A DNA stretch of 64,000 bases from an uncultured Gammaproteobacteria bacterium (GCA_964465205.1 CAYXJO010000008.1:2164-66163), one strand, 5' to 3'. Counted from the stretch's first letter, positions 1 to 10,700 are shown. Notes: generated from the sequence alone by a model not told the origin. Translations and numbers: made by a program.

Positions 1-2201
1 TTCTTTGATAATATGGTTAGGTCCATATTTTCTAATGTCATTAGCACACGTTCTCCGGTGCCCGCAGGCAATTGGGTAAAGTCATCAATGGCAGAAATTA
101 AGTTTTCTTTTTTGCATGCCAAATCAATCATAATTGGAAAAAGTCCGCTAATGTATTTGCGATGTTCGTCATTATCTTCGGTCTCTAATCCGCGTCGGTC
201 TCCACCCAAATCTCGCCAACGGAATCGGTGAGTTTCACTTATGACACCACCGTTATAATATCTTCTGGCGAATTGCCAAACTATATGAGGGTATTTATCT
301 TTCAGTATGTCCAGTATATCAAGACGCTGCTTAGATGTTGCATTGGTTTGAGGCATCCCAGGAAGAAATATATCTCCAAGACTGTTTATTGGCCTATTGG
401 CATATTGCCCACCTGGATCCAAAGAAGATAATTCGCACAAGATGTTTACGGCACGAGTAAAATATTCCGGGCTCCACGCTAGCGATTCCAACGCCCACAA
501 TAAACCACTGTGATTACAATCATTTGCATCGCCCATAAGAGATTGGAAAGCCTGGGGATTATTCTTGATCGTCTGTTCGACAGAGCCCATAAATTGATCC
601 AGTGATGCTTCGGCTAATATTGGCATAATATCTTTAATCGAAGCCCAATCTTCCCACTTACTTTGATGGTCGAGTATCTCTTTTACAACATCATCGACAA
701 ACGATTGAGTAGAAATATCACCCAACGCAAGAAGAACTAATGATTCGGCCATGCCTATGCGGAGCCATTCCGAATGAGGTCTTGTCTTGTTATATAGCGC
801 TGCCATCCACTGTTCGTTTTCTGGCAAATCATACTTTGGGTCATCTTTGGTAAACACTGATGTCGCGGCACTACGGAATAATTTTAGAAAGTCACCTGTA
901 ATACTAGAGGACAGCAAGAACCATGCATCTAAAGGTGACTTTAATTTCCATACATCCCCAACTTTTAGAATAGGCGAATCGTCCATAGCCAAGAGTGGAG
1001 TTAAATTCTTAATGAAGTCGCCATAATTTATGCCAGCCAATACTTCAACGACCTTTCGATCTTCTTCTTTCTTGTCATCCCACGCGCCAACAAATAATAC
1101 GGGCAGTAAAGATTTAGCCGTTTCACCCTCGGCCCACGCCGGCTTATCTGCGCCAACAATTGATTGATGGCGGCGAAATATAACCATACTTTTACCAAAA
1201 TCTCTTGCTATGCGTTGCGCGTCAATGCCGGATAAGTTGATTTTAGATAGCGCTTGTTCAATAGCCGTTCGCTGCGGGCGAGACAATTCAGTAAATCTAC
1301 CGCGCGCCCTAATGGATTTTGCTTCAGCCCCCAAGAAGACATGATGACCTTTCTGTACAGCATAACTAGCCGCTTCCCTACAGCTAGCCGGTGCAACAAT
1401 AATGAGAGGGCTTTTGTATTCCGAAACGGAACGAAACTGTTCAATATTTTCCACTTTGATACAGCGAGACAGAGACCGTATGCGTTGATTCTCTGGCGAT
1501 CGCGCAATTACACTATGGAGAAAAGCAAGTGGCTCATCCGCTGAATCGCCCCTTACTTCAATGACGCTCGGTTTCTCCTCTATCCAACTTCGGATGTATT
1601 CTTCATCTTTTAAACGACCGGCTATAATGAGCTCCGGTGTCACTGTCGGATTAGTGACAACCGACCACTCCTCCCAGAAACGACCTATATCCCGTACACC
1701 ACTTGGCAATATTCCTATCTGCCCGGCCAACCACGAGGCGACAGCTGGACATTCATTAATCCACTGCAATAATTCAGCGCCAGCTATGACTCTTACATCT
1801 TTCCATATGCTGGTTGATTTATTTTGGTTTTGCCATTCTTGAAATTTAGCAAATGGCCGCGGAGTGACAAACACAAAAGTGGTCTCACTACGCGTTAATC
1901 CCATTGGGTCGGCCGTTCTCTTGGCATAATCTTTGTTTGCTTTGACTTGGCAGGATTCTTCCATGCCTATTTCCCAGCCGGAGATACCAATAGGGAAGAA
2001 TGGAGAAGCAGCAGAGGTATCCAAAGTGCCATCCCAACCACCTTGGGCCACACCGTCGCCGCTTGGAAAGATAATCCGTTTAATATCACCCACATCGGCT
2101 GTCGCCCATATAAGGCGACAAATTAACTCCGGCAATATCCGCGAGCATTGTGTTGAATGGCTAAGCCAATATTTAATGTCTCCGTCGTTTATCCACTTCA
2201 T
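1..2201 (-). CDS. Large hypothetical protein, 3' end beyond the window (>730 aa); N-terminus MKWINDGDIKYWLSHS...
   Basis: I translated the minus strand by hand from the ATG (plus CAT 2199-2201) to position 1 and met no stop. Frame checked at three points (about 1500, 660, 20). It is absent from the ORF track only because no stop lies inside the window. No >=60-aa ORF on either strand explains this 2.2 kb otherwise. In-frame upstream ATGs near 2264 and 2290 are alternative starts. Confidence 0.6.
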   Translation of the reverse strand, partial: MKWINDGDIKYWLSHSTQCSRILPELICRLIWATADVGDIKRIIFPSGDGVAQGGWDGTLDTSAASPFFPIGISGWEIGMEESCQVKANKDYAKRTADPMGLTRSETTFVFVTPRPFAKFQEWQNQNKSTSIWKDVRVIAGAELLQWINECPAVASWLAGQIGILPSGVRDIGRFWEEWSVVTNPTVTPELIIAGRLKDEEYIRSWIEEKPSVIEVRGDSADEPLAFLHSVIARSPENQRIRSLSRCIKVENIEQFRSVSEYKSPLIIVAPASCREAASYAVQKGHHVFLGAEAKSIRARGRFTELSRPQRTAIEQALSKINLSGIDAQRIARDFGKSMVIFRRHQSIVGADKPAWAEGETAKSLLPVLFVGAWDDKKEEDRKVVEVLAGINYGDFIKNLTPLLAMDDSPILKVGDVWKLKSPLDAWFLLSSSITGDFLKLFRSAATSVFTKDDPKYDLPENEQWMAALYNKTRPHSEWLRIGMAESLVLLALGDISTQSFVDDVVKEILDHQSKWEDWASIKDIMPILAEASLDQFMGSVEQTIKNNPQAFQSLMGDANDCNHSGLLWALESLAWSPEYFTRAVNILCELSSLDPGGQYANRPINSLGDIFLPGMPQTNATSKQRLDILDILKDKYPHIVWQFARRYYNGGVISETHRFRWRDLGGDRRGLETEDNDEHRKYISGLFPIMIDLACKKENLISAIDDFTQLPAGTGERVLMTLENMDLTILSK

Positions 2202-2332
2202 ATTAAAGAGGATTAATTTGAATAATATCACTACTATACCACTTAAAGGAATCGGCATCAATCTTGATGTGATTGTGCGGCACATACCAAATATGGTATT
2301 ATAATTATAGCTATAATAATTACTTTTAATTT

Positions 2333-2596
2333 ATGTCCACCTATTTCCAAATGCCTAGTGTATGGGAAACGGCCAAAGGTATCTGGCCAGTGTTTTGGGG
2401 TGTAAGCAAAATGCTTTGGCCATTATGGTTATTCATCGCCATTATGATTCCAGTTAAGATCTTGGCGAAACGGGCGATAAGATGGGCGAATAATAAACGA
2501 CTGATGAAAGTCAAGCAGAAATGCCCAGACTGCGCCCAACTGGTGCCGCGCGAAGCCAAGAAGTGCAGCTATTGTGGAAAAATGTTTGGCATGTGA
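2333..2596 (+). CDS. Small membrane protein with C-terminal CxxC...CxxC zinc-ribbon
   Basis: 87-aa ORF with a hydrophobic helix (WPLWLFIAIMIPV) followed by CPDC...CSYC. No clear SD. Confidence 0.35.
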   Translation: MSTYFQMPSVWETAKGIWPVFWGVSKMLWPLWLFIAIMIPVKILAKRAIRWANNKRLMKVKQKCPDCAQLVPREAKKCSYCGKMFGM

Positions 2597-3560
2597 AATC
2601 AATTGCATATCTATGAATGTTATAACGTTTATAAAATTTCCCGGTATTAACACTTCAGATTTAGATATTGATTCTTTAATTCAAGAACTGAATCAGCTGT
2701 GTGTTGAAACTAGCAAAATTAATTTGAATAATTACGAGAAAGAGTGCGAACAATTATATCTTAAATATAAAACGAGCAATCCTGAGGTATCCAAAATACC
2801 GGGCATGGTCAGCAACCGATTTAAAGCAGACATACCAAAAATAAAACGTGCCATTTCCAGGGGGCAGATAACTAGCTTGTTCGTCAAGAAATTTAACAAG
2901 ATGAAGACGGACGCGGATGTTTTGTTAAAAGAGTATGACAATTTGCTAAAGAACGGAAAAGTTACTTATAATGCTTATACCAACACAAACTGCGACAAGG
3001 AACTAGAAACCGCAATCAAACAAGCCGTTGATCTGTTAAAGAAATACTACAAGGAATTAGAGAGATTAGAGCCAGCAGTCATAAGTAACGAGGATGAATG
3101 CATCGGCGATGGCCTTGGTGCGCATATACAACATGTTGTCACTGATGACCGACCACTAATAAAATTGACGCCAGATACTATCAACGATCATTTTGATGGC
3201 GAATATATCTTCCCGCCAACCGACCACTTCGCGCTAAAGAAGACTGGCGACGGGAAATTCTGCGGTCAAGAATTTAACTTAAATAAGCACGGAGAGTCTT
3301 TCAAGATATTATGCTTCTTAATAGCCAACAGGGGGCGCTGGGTAAGGGATGAGGATTTATACAAAATGCTCGGCCAAAGAAACAAGAAGCGTTTGATGAT
3401 ACAGAAGGTTGTAAAGCTAAAGAAAGACATTTTGAGCCAGACAACGAAACTCTCCAATAAATCAGACAGGAAGGCAAAGGACACATACCTAAAATGCAAA
3501 AGCAAATGGATAATTAATAGGAGTACGAAGTTGGGAAGAATGTTTGAAATTGAAGAATAA
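2574..3560 (+). CDS. Hypothetical protein (328 aa); basic C-terminal region possibly DNA-binding
   Basis: Long ORF followed by a clean rho-independent terminator. An alternative start is at the MNVITF Met (about 2615). Confidence 0.5.
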   Translation: MEKCLACEINCISMNVITFIKFPGINTSDLDIDSLIQELNQLCVETSKINLNNYEKECEQLYLKYKTSNPEVSKIPGMVSNRFKADIPKIKRAISRGQITSLFVKKFNKMKTDADVLLKEYDNLLKNGKVTYNAYTNTNCDKELETAIKQAVDLLKKYYKELERLEPAVISNEDECIGDGLGAHIQHVVTDDRPLIKLTPDTINDHFDGEYIFPPTDHFALKKTGDGKFCGQEFNLNKHGESFKILCFLIANRGRWVRDEDLYKMLGQRNKKRLMIQKVVKLKKDILSQTTKLSNKSDRKAKDTYLKCKSKWIINRSTKLGRMFEIEE

Positions 3561-3578
3561 ATTTAGAACAAACAACTG

Positions 3579-3605
3579 GCCCCGCTATTGGCGGGGTTTT
3601 TGTTT
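3579..3605 (+). terminator. Rho-independent terminator (GCCCCGC-tattg-GCGGGG + T-run)
   Basis: Stem-loop followed by TTTTTGTTTT, read directly. Confidence 0.7.
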
Positions 3606-3650
3606 TACTGTTTTCAGATGTTTTCAGATGTTTTCAGATGTTTTTCGTTT
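3601..3650. repeat. Tandem 10-bp iteron-like repeats: GTTTTCAGAT x3 perfect plus degenerate flanking copies
   Basis: tgttttactg ttttcagatg ttttcagatg ttttcagatg tttttcg, with exact 10-bp (one helical turn) periodicity. Followed by TATAAT at 3654-3659, about 200 bp upstream of the primase/helicase-like gene. Confidence 0.7.
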
Positions 3651-3866
3651 TTCTATAATTTCGTCGGCTTTGATATTCTACTATCACCAGCGAAGACATC
3701 CTATCGTTGTCTAACGCTGACAGAACGGCCGGCGCCAATTTTGAGCGTTGGTGGAAAAACAGTCTTGCCAACTGGGGAGCTCAAACCCGGTGAGCGATTC
3801 TGCCGGCCGACAAGACTGAGGAGAAATTTATTTATGTGCTCATAAATAATGTAAAAACAAGCATGC

Positions 3867-5621
3867 ATGAGCACTTTAACAATTCATATGAATAACAGCC
3901 AGAATGCTTCCGTGGCCGGAGCAAAACCAAATAAGCCACAAAATGCCAAGCTTTATACAGCACTGGTTACCGCACCAAACGGTACTGCTAATACTACGCA
4001 ATACATCTTGGAAGTCATAGGTAGCACCGCTAAAGAATTATTTTTGGACCAATTCGGGAATCTTTACATAGTTGTCCAAGTCAAAGAAACCGACAAACAC
4101 ATAAAGGTCAATTCGGAAGAGTTCATAAAATGGGTCTCCATGACGATGAACATCTTAGGTAAAATAGTCCCAAACCAGTCATCAATCAGACAGGCTGGAC
4201 ATACGCTATCTGGATACGCCGAGTATGACAAAAGCCTCGCGTCTCGCAAATACCTGTCTGTCCGCGTGGCCAAAACAGAAGACGGGGCCATCTATTACGA
4301 TCTAAAAGATAAAGTGGTAAAGATCATCGCGACGGGCTGGAATGTAACTACAAACCCTCCAATATTATTCAGAAATTTCAACATGCAATCCACCCAGGTC
4401 GATCCAGCACCAGTAGGTGTGAATGATCAAAGGTACATCTCTAACTTCGTCGATTCTTTAAATCTCAAAGATGACGCCAGTAAATTGTTAATGAAGGTAT
4501 ACTTAGCCACAAGTTTTATCCCAGATTTTGCTCATCCTATAATTCAAATATCGGGACCGAAGGGCTCGGCCAAGAGCACGCTATTTGCAAGATTAAAGGA
4601 TATCATTGATCCGTCTGTGATTAGAACACTGCCACCCATTACCAAGATGGAGCAATTCATCCAAATCGTATCGCACAACTGGGCCGCATATTTCGACAAC
4701 ATGTCGTCATTAGATGTCGAATCATCCGATATGTTTTGTCGGGCGTGCTCGGGCGCTGGCTATGTGAAGCGCGAATTGTACTCGGACGATAACGACATTG
4801 GCTATGTCTTTAAGCATCTCATTGGCATTAACGGTGTTGTTAATATAGCCAGCCGCGCCGATCTAGTTGATCGAATATTGTCCATTGAACTAGACGCGAT
4901 ATCGCCAGACAAAAGATTAACAGACGCGGCGATTTGGCAGAAACACAACGCCGAAAAACCAATGCTACTAGGCGAATGTTTCACGGTGGTATCACAAGCA
5001 CTGGCCTTAGAGCCGACACTGAAAGAACAAATACCGACTTCAACCAGAATGGCAGACTTTGCGTACTGGGGTTACTTGGTTGCCGAGGCCATGGGGATTG
5101 GTGGTATGAACTTTTTCAACACATACCGATCACTAGTTAATACCCAAGATGCCGATGTCATTGACAACAACCTACTAGCATCCGTCTTTGAACATTATGT
5201 TACCAACTATCCGATAATCATCAATGAAATTACCGCCAGTGATTTGTTGGTGGCGTTAAATAAAGAAGCGGAAAACTTGTGCCCTGATTATAAACACAAT
5301 CGAAGATGGCCAGATTCACCACAGTGGCTATGGAGACGATTGTCTGAATACCTGACAAACTTCCAACAAAAAGGTATTGTTGTACGCCAAGAACGACAGA
5401 GTAAGTCTCGCAAAATTATTATCGACAAGACCATCTACGACAATAACTTGACTATAGCTAACCAAATTGAGTTGATAAATGCTAATAACCCGATACCGTT
5501 GGAGTACGACGAGCCATTCAATGAAGCAGAAATGGAATTTGAGCAGGGATTTAAAGATCTCGTCGATCCCCTTTTAGTTGGGCACGACGACATGACGACA
5601 TTTCTTGCTTTTAATAAGTAA
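3867..5621 (+). CDS. Phage/plasmid-type replication protein: P-loop NTPase of the primase-associated (VirE / D5 / P4-alpha-like, SF3-helicase-like) kind
   Basis: Walker A ISGPKGSAKSTLFARL and Walker-B-like AAYFDNM. Its size and position next to a recombinase in a mobile-element context support the call. Family assignment is from motif memory only. Confidence 0.55.
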   Translation: MSTLTIHMNNSQNASVAGAKPNKPQNAKLYTALVTAPNGTANTTQYILEVIGSTAKELFLDQFGNLYIVVQVKETDKHIKVNSEEFIKWVSMTMNILGKIVPNQSSIRQAGHTLSGYAEYDKSLASRKYLSVRVAKTEDGAIYYDLKDKVVKIIATGWNVTTNPPILFRNFNMQSTQVDPAPVGVNDQRYISNFVDSLNLKDDASKLLMKVYLATSFIPDFAHPIIQISGPKGSAKSTLFARLKDIIDPSVIRTLPPITKMEQFIQIVSHNWAAYFDNMSSLDVESSDMFCRACSGAGYVKRELYSDDNDIGYVFKHLIGINGVVNIASRADLVDRILSIELDAISPDKRLTDAAIWQKHNAEKPMLLGECFTVVSQALALEPTLKEQIPTSTRMADFAYWGYLVAEAMGIGGMNFFNTYRSLVNTQDADVIDNNLLASVFEHYVTNYPIIINEITASDLLVALNKEAENLCPDYKHNRRWPDSPQWLWRRLSEYLTNFQQKGIVVRQERQSKSRKIIIDKTIYDNNLTIANQIELINANNPIPLEYDEPFNEAEMEFEQGFKDLVDPLLVGHDDMTTFLAFNK

Positions 5622-5623
5622 TT

Positions 5624-5893
5624 ATGCCACCACTGATATATTACATTCCTTTCGATCAATACAAGGCCGCTGTTCTCAAGAATGAAAAGCTCAAACACTT
5701 GGACGACGACCAAATCAAAGACCTTTACGAGACCCAACACAAAGTCGCGGAGATGGCCTTTGCCGAATGGCTACGATTAAAACAACTGGCGAAAGAATGC
5801 CGCGAGCGAAACGGCGATTCTTCTAAGGAAAGTGAAGCGACCACCAACCAGACCAACGAACCTGCTAACAGCGGGCCTTCGGCCACCAGTTGA
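5624..5893 (+). CDS. Small hypothetical protein (89 aa), acidic/helical
   Basis: ATG immediately after the stop of the upstream gene (TAATTATG), giving translational coupling. Confidence 0.4.
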   Translation: MPPLIYYIPFDQYKAAVLKNEKLKHLDDDQIKDLYETQHKVAEMAFAEWLRLKQLAKECRERNGDSSKESEATTNQTNEPANSGPSATS

Positions 5894-5924
5894 TTATTGA
5901 TTCCTTACATGGTAAAATACCGGC

Positions 5925-6039
5925 GATACCAATCCAACTACTAATAGCGGAACACGTAAATAATTGCGTCCAAAGATGGAAGCGTTGTTCTGCGTCAATC
6001 CGCTATTAGTGGGTTGGTATCACGCACGGACACGCTTCC
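5925..6039. promoter_or_regulatory. Interleaved inverted repeats upstream of the recombinase gene (candidate att/regulatory site)
   Basis: GATACCAATCCAACTACTAATAGCGG (5925-5950) pairs with CCGCTATTAGTGGGTTGGTATC (6000-6021). GGAAGCGT (5978-5985) pairs with ACGCTTCC (6032-6039), followed by a T-run. Confidence 0.45.
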
Positions 6040-6088
6040 TTTTTTGGTTCATATCACCTTAAAGGAATAAATAATTTATCTTAATTAT

Positions 6089-7678
6089 ATGACAAAACAA
6101 ATCAAAACTATCATTAACAACTCCGATCGTGGAGTAATTTATTATCGCGTTTCAACCTCGGAGCAAGCCGAACACGGCTTTAGTTTGGAAAGACAACGCG
6201 AACTGTGCCTCAATCACGCCAAGGCAAAAGGCATAGAAGTCATCTCGGAATTTCATGACGACGGCGAATCGGCAAAGACCGCTAACCGCAAAGGATTGCA
6301 AGACATGCTCAAATACTGCGCAGACAGGAAGAATAATATCGGCCATGTAATCTTCTACAAGATTGACCGACTGACAAGAAATGTCGATGATCATGTGTTT
6401 GTGAAGACCGTGTTAAAGAAGGCCGGTGTGAAGTTAACTTCAGTCACCGAAAGCATGGATAACGAAACTCCAGCCGGAAAATTTACCGAGAATATGTTAG
6501 CGGCGGTGGCACAATTTGATAATGATGTCCGCTCGGAACGTACGCGCGGTGGCATGTATGGATGTTTGAAAACCGGACGCTGGCCATTCCGCGCCCCCAT
6601 CGGATACCTCAACCACATTGATAGTGATAAGAAGAAATCTATCGCGCTTGATCCCAAAAGAGCTAACCTGGTAAAAACCATATTTACTGAATACGCCAAC
6701 CCCATAGTTACCCAGGAAGAGGTACGTCGTAAGGTTAACAATCTTGGGCTACGAGATGCTCATGGTCGGCAAATCCGTCCACAGTTTATCAACAAGATAT
6801 TACAAGACCGTTTCTATATTGGCACCATGACAGTAAAAGGAGTGGATTACCCAGGCACGCACGATAAATTAGTCGACGAAGAGACCTTTGAATTGTGTCA
6901 AAGAAAGTTGAGATATTATGACCGCGGCGATCATATCGCCATTGGTCGATATGACGAAGACTTCCCATTAAGACACTTCGTGGTGTGCGAAGATTGCAGA
7001 CGGCCACTAACCGCCGCGTATTCTACCGGGCGTTGGGGCAAGAAATTCCCTTACTACCGTTGCTATAACAAACAATGCCCGAGTCATAAATCATACCCCA
7101 AACAACTACTGGAAGAAGAATTCGCTAATTATCTAAAAGAGATTGTGCCCACTGAAGAGCAGATGGAAACTTACCGGATGCATGTATTGGATATATGGCA
7201 AACGAAATTCAAAGAAATCAACACTCATCGCGAAAGATTGGAGCGCGAACTGAAATCTGCTCGCGAGGAGAAGGAAGGCATTATCGAGATGAAAGCCAAG
7301 AAACAAATTAACGACGAGGAGTTCCAAGTAATGTTCACCAAAGCCAGAATCAAAGTAGACGATCTCCAAATAACGTTTGGCCAAACCGACCTGGAAGAAT
7401 ATGATTTAGATGAGGCAATTAAACACTCCATCGCCTTCGCCGCACAACTCGCGAGCTATTGGGAAAAGTCGCCGTACTTCCAACGCTTGTCTATTCAGGG
7501 TTTAATTTTCCGCCAAAAGCCTACTTATGGAGATTCGAAATTTGGAACCCCAAAATTACCGCTAATGTTTGAACAAAAACAGATTTCCGTACAGGGGAAA
7601 TCCGCTATCGTGGACCGTATCGGATTTGAACCGATGGCCTCTTCCATGCCATGGAAGCGCTCTAGCCAGCTGAGCTAA
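6089..7678 (+). CDS. Large serine recombinase (resolvase/invertase catalytic domain + recombinase domain + zinc-ribbon)
   Basis: N-terminal YYRVSTSEQ...GFSLERQRE...DDGESAKT catalytic-Ser domain. C-terminal CEDCRRPL...YYRCYNKQC zinc ribbon and coiled coil. The last about 22 codons are the reverse complement of tRNA-Ala. Confidence 0.85.
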   Translation: MTKQIKTIINNSDRGVIYYRVSTSEQAEHGFSLERQRELCLNHAKAKGIEVISEFHDDGESAKTANRKGLQDMLKYCADRKNNIGHVIFYKIDRLTRNVDDHVFVKTVLKKAGVKLTSVTESMDNETPAGKFTENMLAAVAQFDNDVRSERTRGGMYGCLKTGRWPFRAPIGYLNHIDSDKKKSIALDPKRANLVKTIFTEYANPIVTQEEVRRKVNNLGLRDAHGRQIRPQFINKILQDRFYIGTMTVKGVDYPGTHDKLVDEETFELCQRKLRYYDRGDHIAIGRYDEDFPLRHFVVCEDCRRPLTAAYSTGRWGKKFPYYRCYNKQCPSHKSYPKQLLEEEFANYLKEIVPTEEQMETYRMHVLDIWQTKFKEINTHRERLERELKSAREEKEGIIEMKAKKQINDEEFQVMFTKARIKVDDLQITFGQTDLEEYDLDEAIKHSIAFAAQLASYWEKSPYFQRLSIQGLIFRQKPTYGDSKFGTPKLPLMFEQKQISVQGKSAIVDRIGFEPMASSMPWKRSSQLS

Positions 7679-7684
7679 CGGCCC
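7611..7684 (-). tRNA. tRNA-Ala (anticodon GGC); CCA not encoded
   Basis: Hand-folded cloverleaf: acceptor GGGCCGT/ACGGTCC with the G3:U70 Ala identity pair. D-arm GCTC-AGCTGGCTA-GAGC. Anticodon arm CTTCC-ATGGCAT-GGAAG. T-arm ATCGG-TTCAAAT-CCGAT. Discriminator A. Confidence 0.8.
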
Positions 7685-7723
7685 ATTTACGTGTTGCCCA
7701 TTATATCATATTCAAAAAATAAA

Positions 7724-10700
7724 TCAAGGCTGGGCCGCAGAACTGTTAACTACTGCTTCTTGGCTGGGTAACTCTACCGCAGCAGGGGGCTCAATCGATG
7801 TTTCTTCGGCTGTCGGCACATCTGGCTCTGCAGTTGGCATAATTGGCTCCGCTGTGATTTCTGGTACGGTCGATGTTGGCACTGAATCCTGATCAAATGC
7901 TGGCGTAGAAGTGCCCGCATTGCCCACAACTGTCTCTTCGATAGCCGCATCATCAATCGGCTCAGCAGTACCAGCATCTCGCACTTGACCGTCTCCACGC
8001 CTAGCCACCACTACCCAATCAAATGTAGCGTCGCTTTGACCCCCCATCAATTCTTTTACTACAAAACCAAAAGCATCCTTCGCCTTCACAAATATACCCT
8101 TCGCTTCTTCTGATGTCAGTGTTACACTCACTTTCAATGATTGACCGCTGTCTATCATATCGCGAGTACTGGTATCAAACTTGATATATGTTTCTCCAGC
8201 CTGCAATCTACCGGAACCCGAAAACACTAGTTCCGAAGATAATGCTTGCATCGCATACACGTCCTTGTTGCCTTCCGAAGTCTGCACCACCGATACCAAC
8301 AAACCATCTTCGGTAATGCGCCACTTGTCACTACGAGCGTGCACCGCGGTCACGTTGGCCAAAATTGCGCCATTCAAATTTAACTCATTGTTCTTTACCA
8401 TCAAATAATCTGATCTCTGATCAATGGTCAATTCGGTCGAAGTGGACACAACACTATCTTTCGCCATAAAATTTGCCAAAGTAGTGCTAACATTATCAAT
8501 TGCACTCCAAATGGCACTATTGTTGCTTAATTCTTCTACCTGAAAAAAAGCCAACGACGTCGATACTATGCCCAAAGAGTCAGAGAACTCTCCAAATCCG
8601 GCCATTAATTTTTCGGTACTACTATTTAAAACGGCCAACTGATTACCGAATAACATCGTCATCTCATCTGATAACTTAACCCGAAAAGCATCGCCAAATA
8701 ATTGTAACTTAGAATCAATCAACGCCGACAGTTGTGACACAGAACTAAAATCATACTTACCAACAGCACTGGAAACTAAAATTTGCACCTCATCTTCAAT
8801 CTTCATATCGGCGATATGGCGAGTAATTTTTTCTTCCACCTGCTCCACAGTCATAGACTTATTGCGACGCGAGATCAAAACATTCACTGTACCAACACCG
8901 GAATCCAACCCTTCTAAAGCCACACCAACTGTCGAATCACCAGCATCAGCACGCATAAGATACCCTGGGGTACTACTGGCGCTAGTAAGACTATCTCCCG
9001 GACGAACAGGCCCGTTTTCTGCGCTCACTTTTGCCGCCACCTGGCCGAGCATGCCAATAATTTTATAATTCGGATCATTCTCGCGATCACCGCTCTTATT
9101 ACCAATAATTGACGGCTTGGTGGATACAACGCCCATAATATCCGGATCGGCACTGCGCGTACAGCGTTTGACGGCGTTATTTTTTGTCACATCCACGCAC
9201 ACTACTTCGCCCGATGTTAAGTCCTTGTCCTTGGTATAGAAATACTCCGCGTAGTCAGCGCCATTGGTGAGATAACTACCGGTAATATTTACACTACCAG
9301 AAACAGTAAGTGCGTAATTGGGCGTGGTCGTGCCGATACCGACATTACCGTTACCAGCAATAGTCAAATAACTACCAATATTATTACGCATCGGACCAAA
9401 GTGTAGTGAGGTGGTAGCACCAGACGTTACAGCACTACCAACTTGTATATACACATCACCATCTTCATCGGTAACCAACCTAAGATGAGATGGGGTGCCG
9501 CTGGTGTTGGCTAGCGATATACCTGCATTATTGCCCCATAAATGCAATAAATCCTGTGGCGTGCTAGTCCCAACACCTACATACCCATTACTACTCACGA
9601 ATAACGCTGGTTGAGTAGTAGAGGTATAAACTGATAACAGTGTACTAGTGGAAGCCCCTATTATAGACAATCTCGCATTTGGAGTAGATGTGCCAACACC
9701 CACTTTCCCATAATTTGTTCGGGCGATTAAAGCTACCACACCATCGTTACCACCGCCAACACCATTGCCGCCATCAATATATGTTATACCACCATTTCCC
9801 GAACCAACACCATTACCGCCAGCGATAATAATATCATAACCATTACCAACAGTAGTGCGAAAAGGGCCGATAACAACATTCTGGTCCAAAGAACCCAGAG
9901 TAACATCAAATTGATCGCCATAGGCGCCAAAAGCTGCTTTGGCCGCTGGAGATGCAGCGACATTATCTAAATAAGCGCCAAAGTTTGAAACAATTGAAGT
10001 ATTACTGTCTGAGGCGTTGGTTTTAACTCGACTGATGATGGTGGCGTTGCTTGTACCAGCAGTATAACCAGTGGAAGAAGAAAATACATACAACGGTGAG
10101 ATCGGTGTAGTAGTGCCAATACCCACATTGCCACCCATGATAGCCATGGTATTTGCTTGGGTCACAGAAAACCTAGAGCCAGTATCTAGACCAATACCAA
10201 CCGACCCGGAGCCCGAAACTGTCATGCCACTACCCATGGCCATAGTCGTGTTACCACTTGAAGCATTACCACTGCCAATAGCGACAGCGCCGTTGTAACC
10301 GTCTACTAAATTCAAACTACCAATTGCTACTCGGCCCTCCACCAAAGGTGCATCTGACCCATTGGTAACTGTTCGGTTGGCAAAACCTATAAGCACTGTG
10401 CCATGATGTACATAACTAGACGGCCCATCATCAATATGATTACTATTACCAATCAAAGCAACACCGCGATTAGTACCAGTGACCACAGCGTTCCAATCGG
10501 CTATGAATACTCCATTTCTAAAAGCCAAACTACTAGTTGCTGACAAAACACCTCCACTATTATATTGCACCTCTCCATCATTGCCGGCCACCGTTGTAGT
10601 AGCAGAACCAAAAGCGGACCACGTACCACCAGAATTTTTGAACTCTAACACACCACCATTATCACGCAAGCCATAGCCACCAGTACTGGTAATCGCGCCA

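Larger units (their letters stand above)
1..7684. mobile_element. Putative integrative element (prophage remnant / integrative plasmid-like) inserted 3' of tRNA-Ala(GGC); left boundary not in window
   Basis: Serine recombinase abutting and overlapping the tRNA 3' end, a P-loop replication protein, 10-bp iterons and hypothetical cargo ORFs. No second att repeat was found inside the window. Confidence 0.45.

Noticed and set aside
3601-3650. Possible CRISPR array
   Set aside because: Units are only 10 bp with no spacers. No cas genes or longer repeat-spacer arrays exist anywhere in the window.
3588-3845. 85-aa ORF overlapping the iteron repeats
   Set aside because: It is translated from the tandem repeat itself (FSDVFRCFSFF...), has no SD, and is most likely non-coding.
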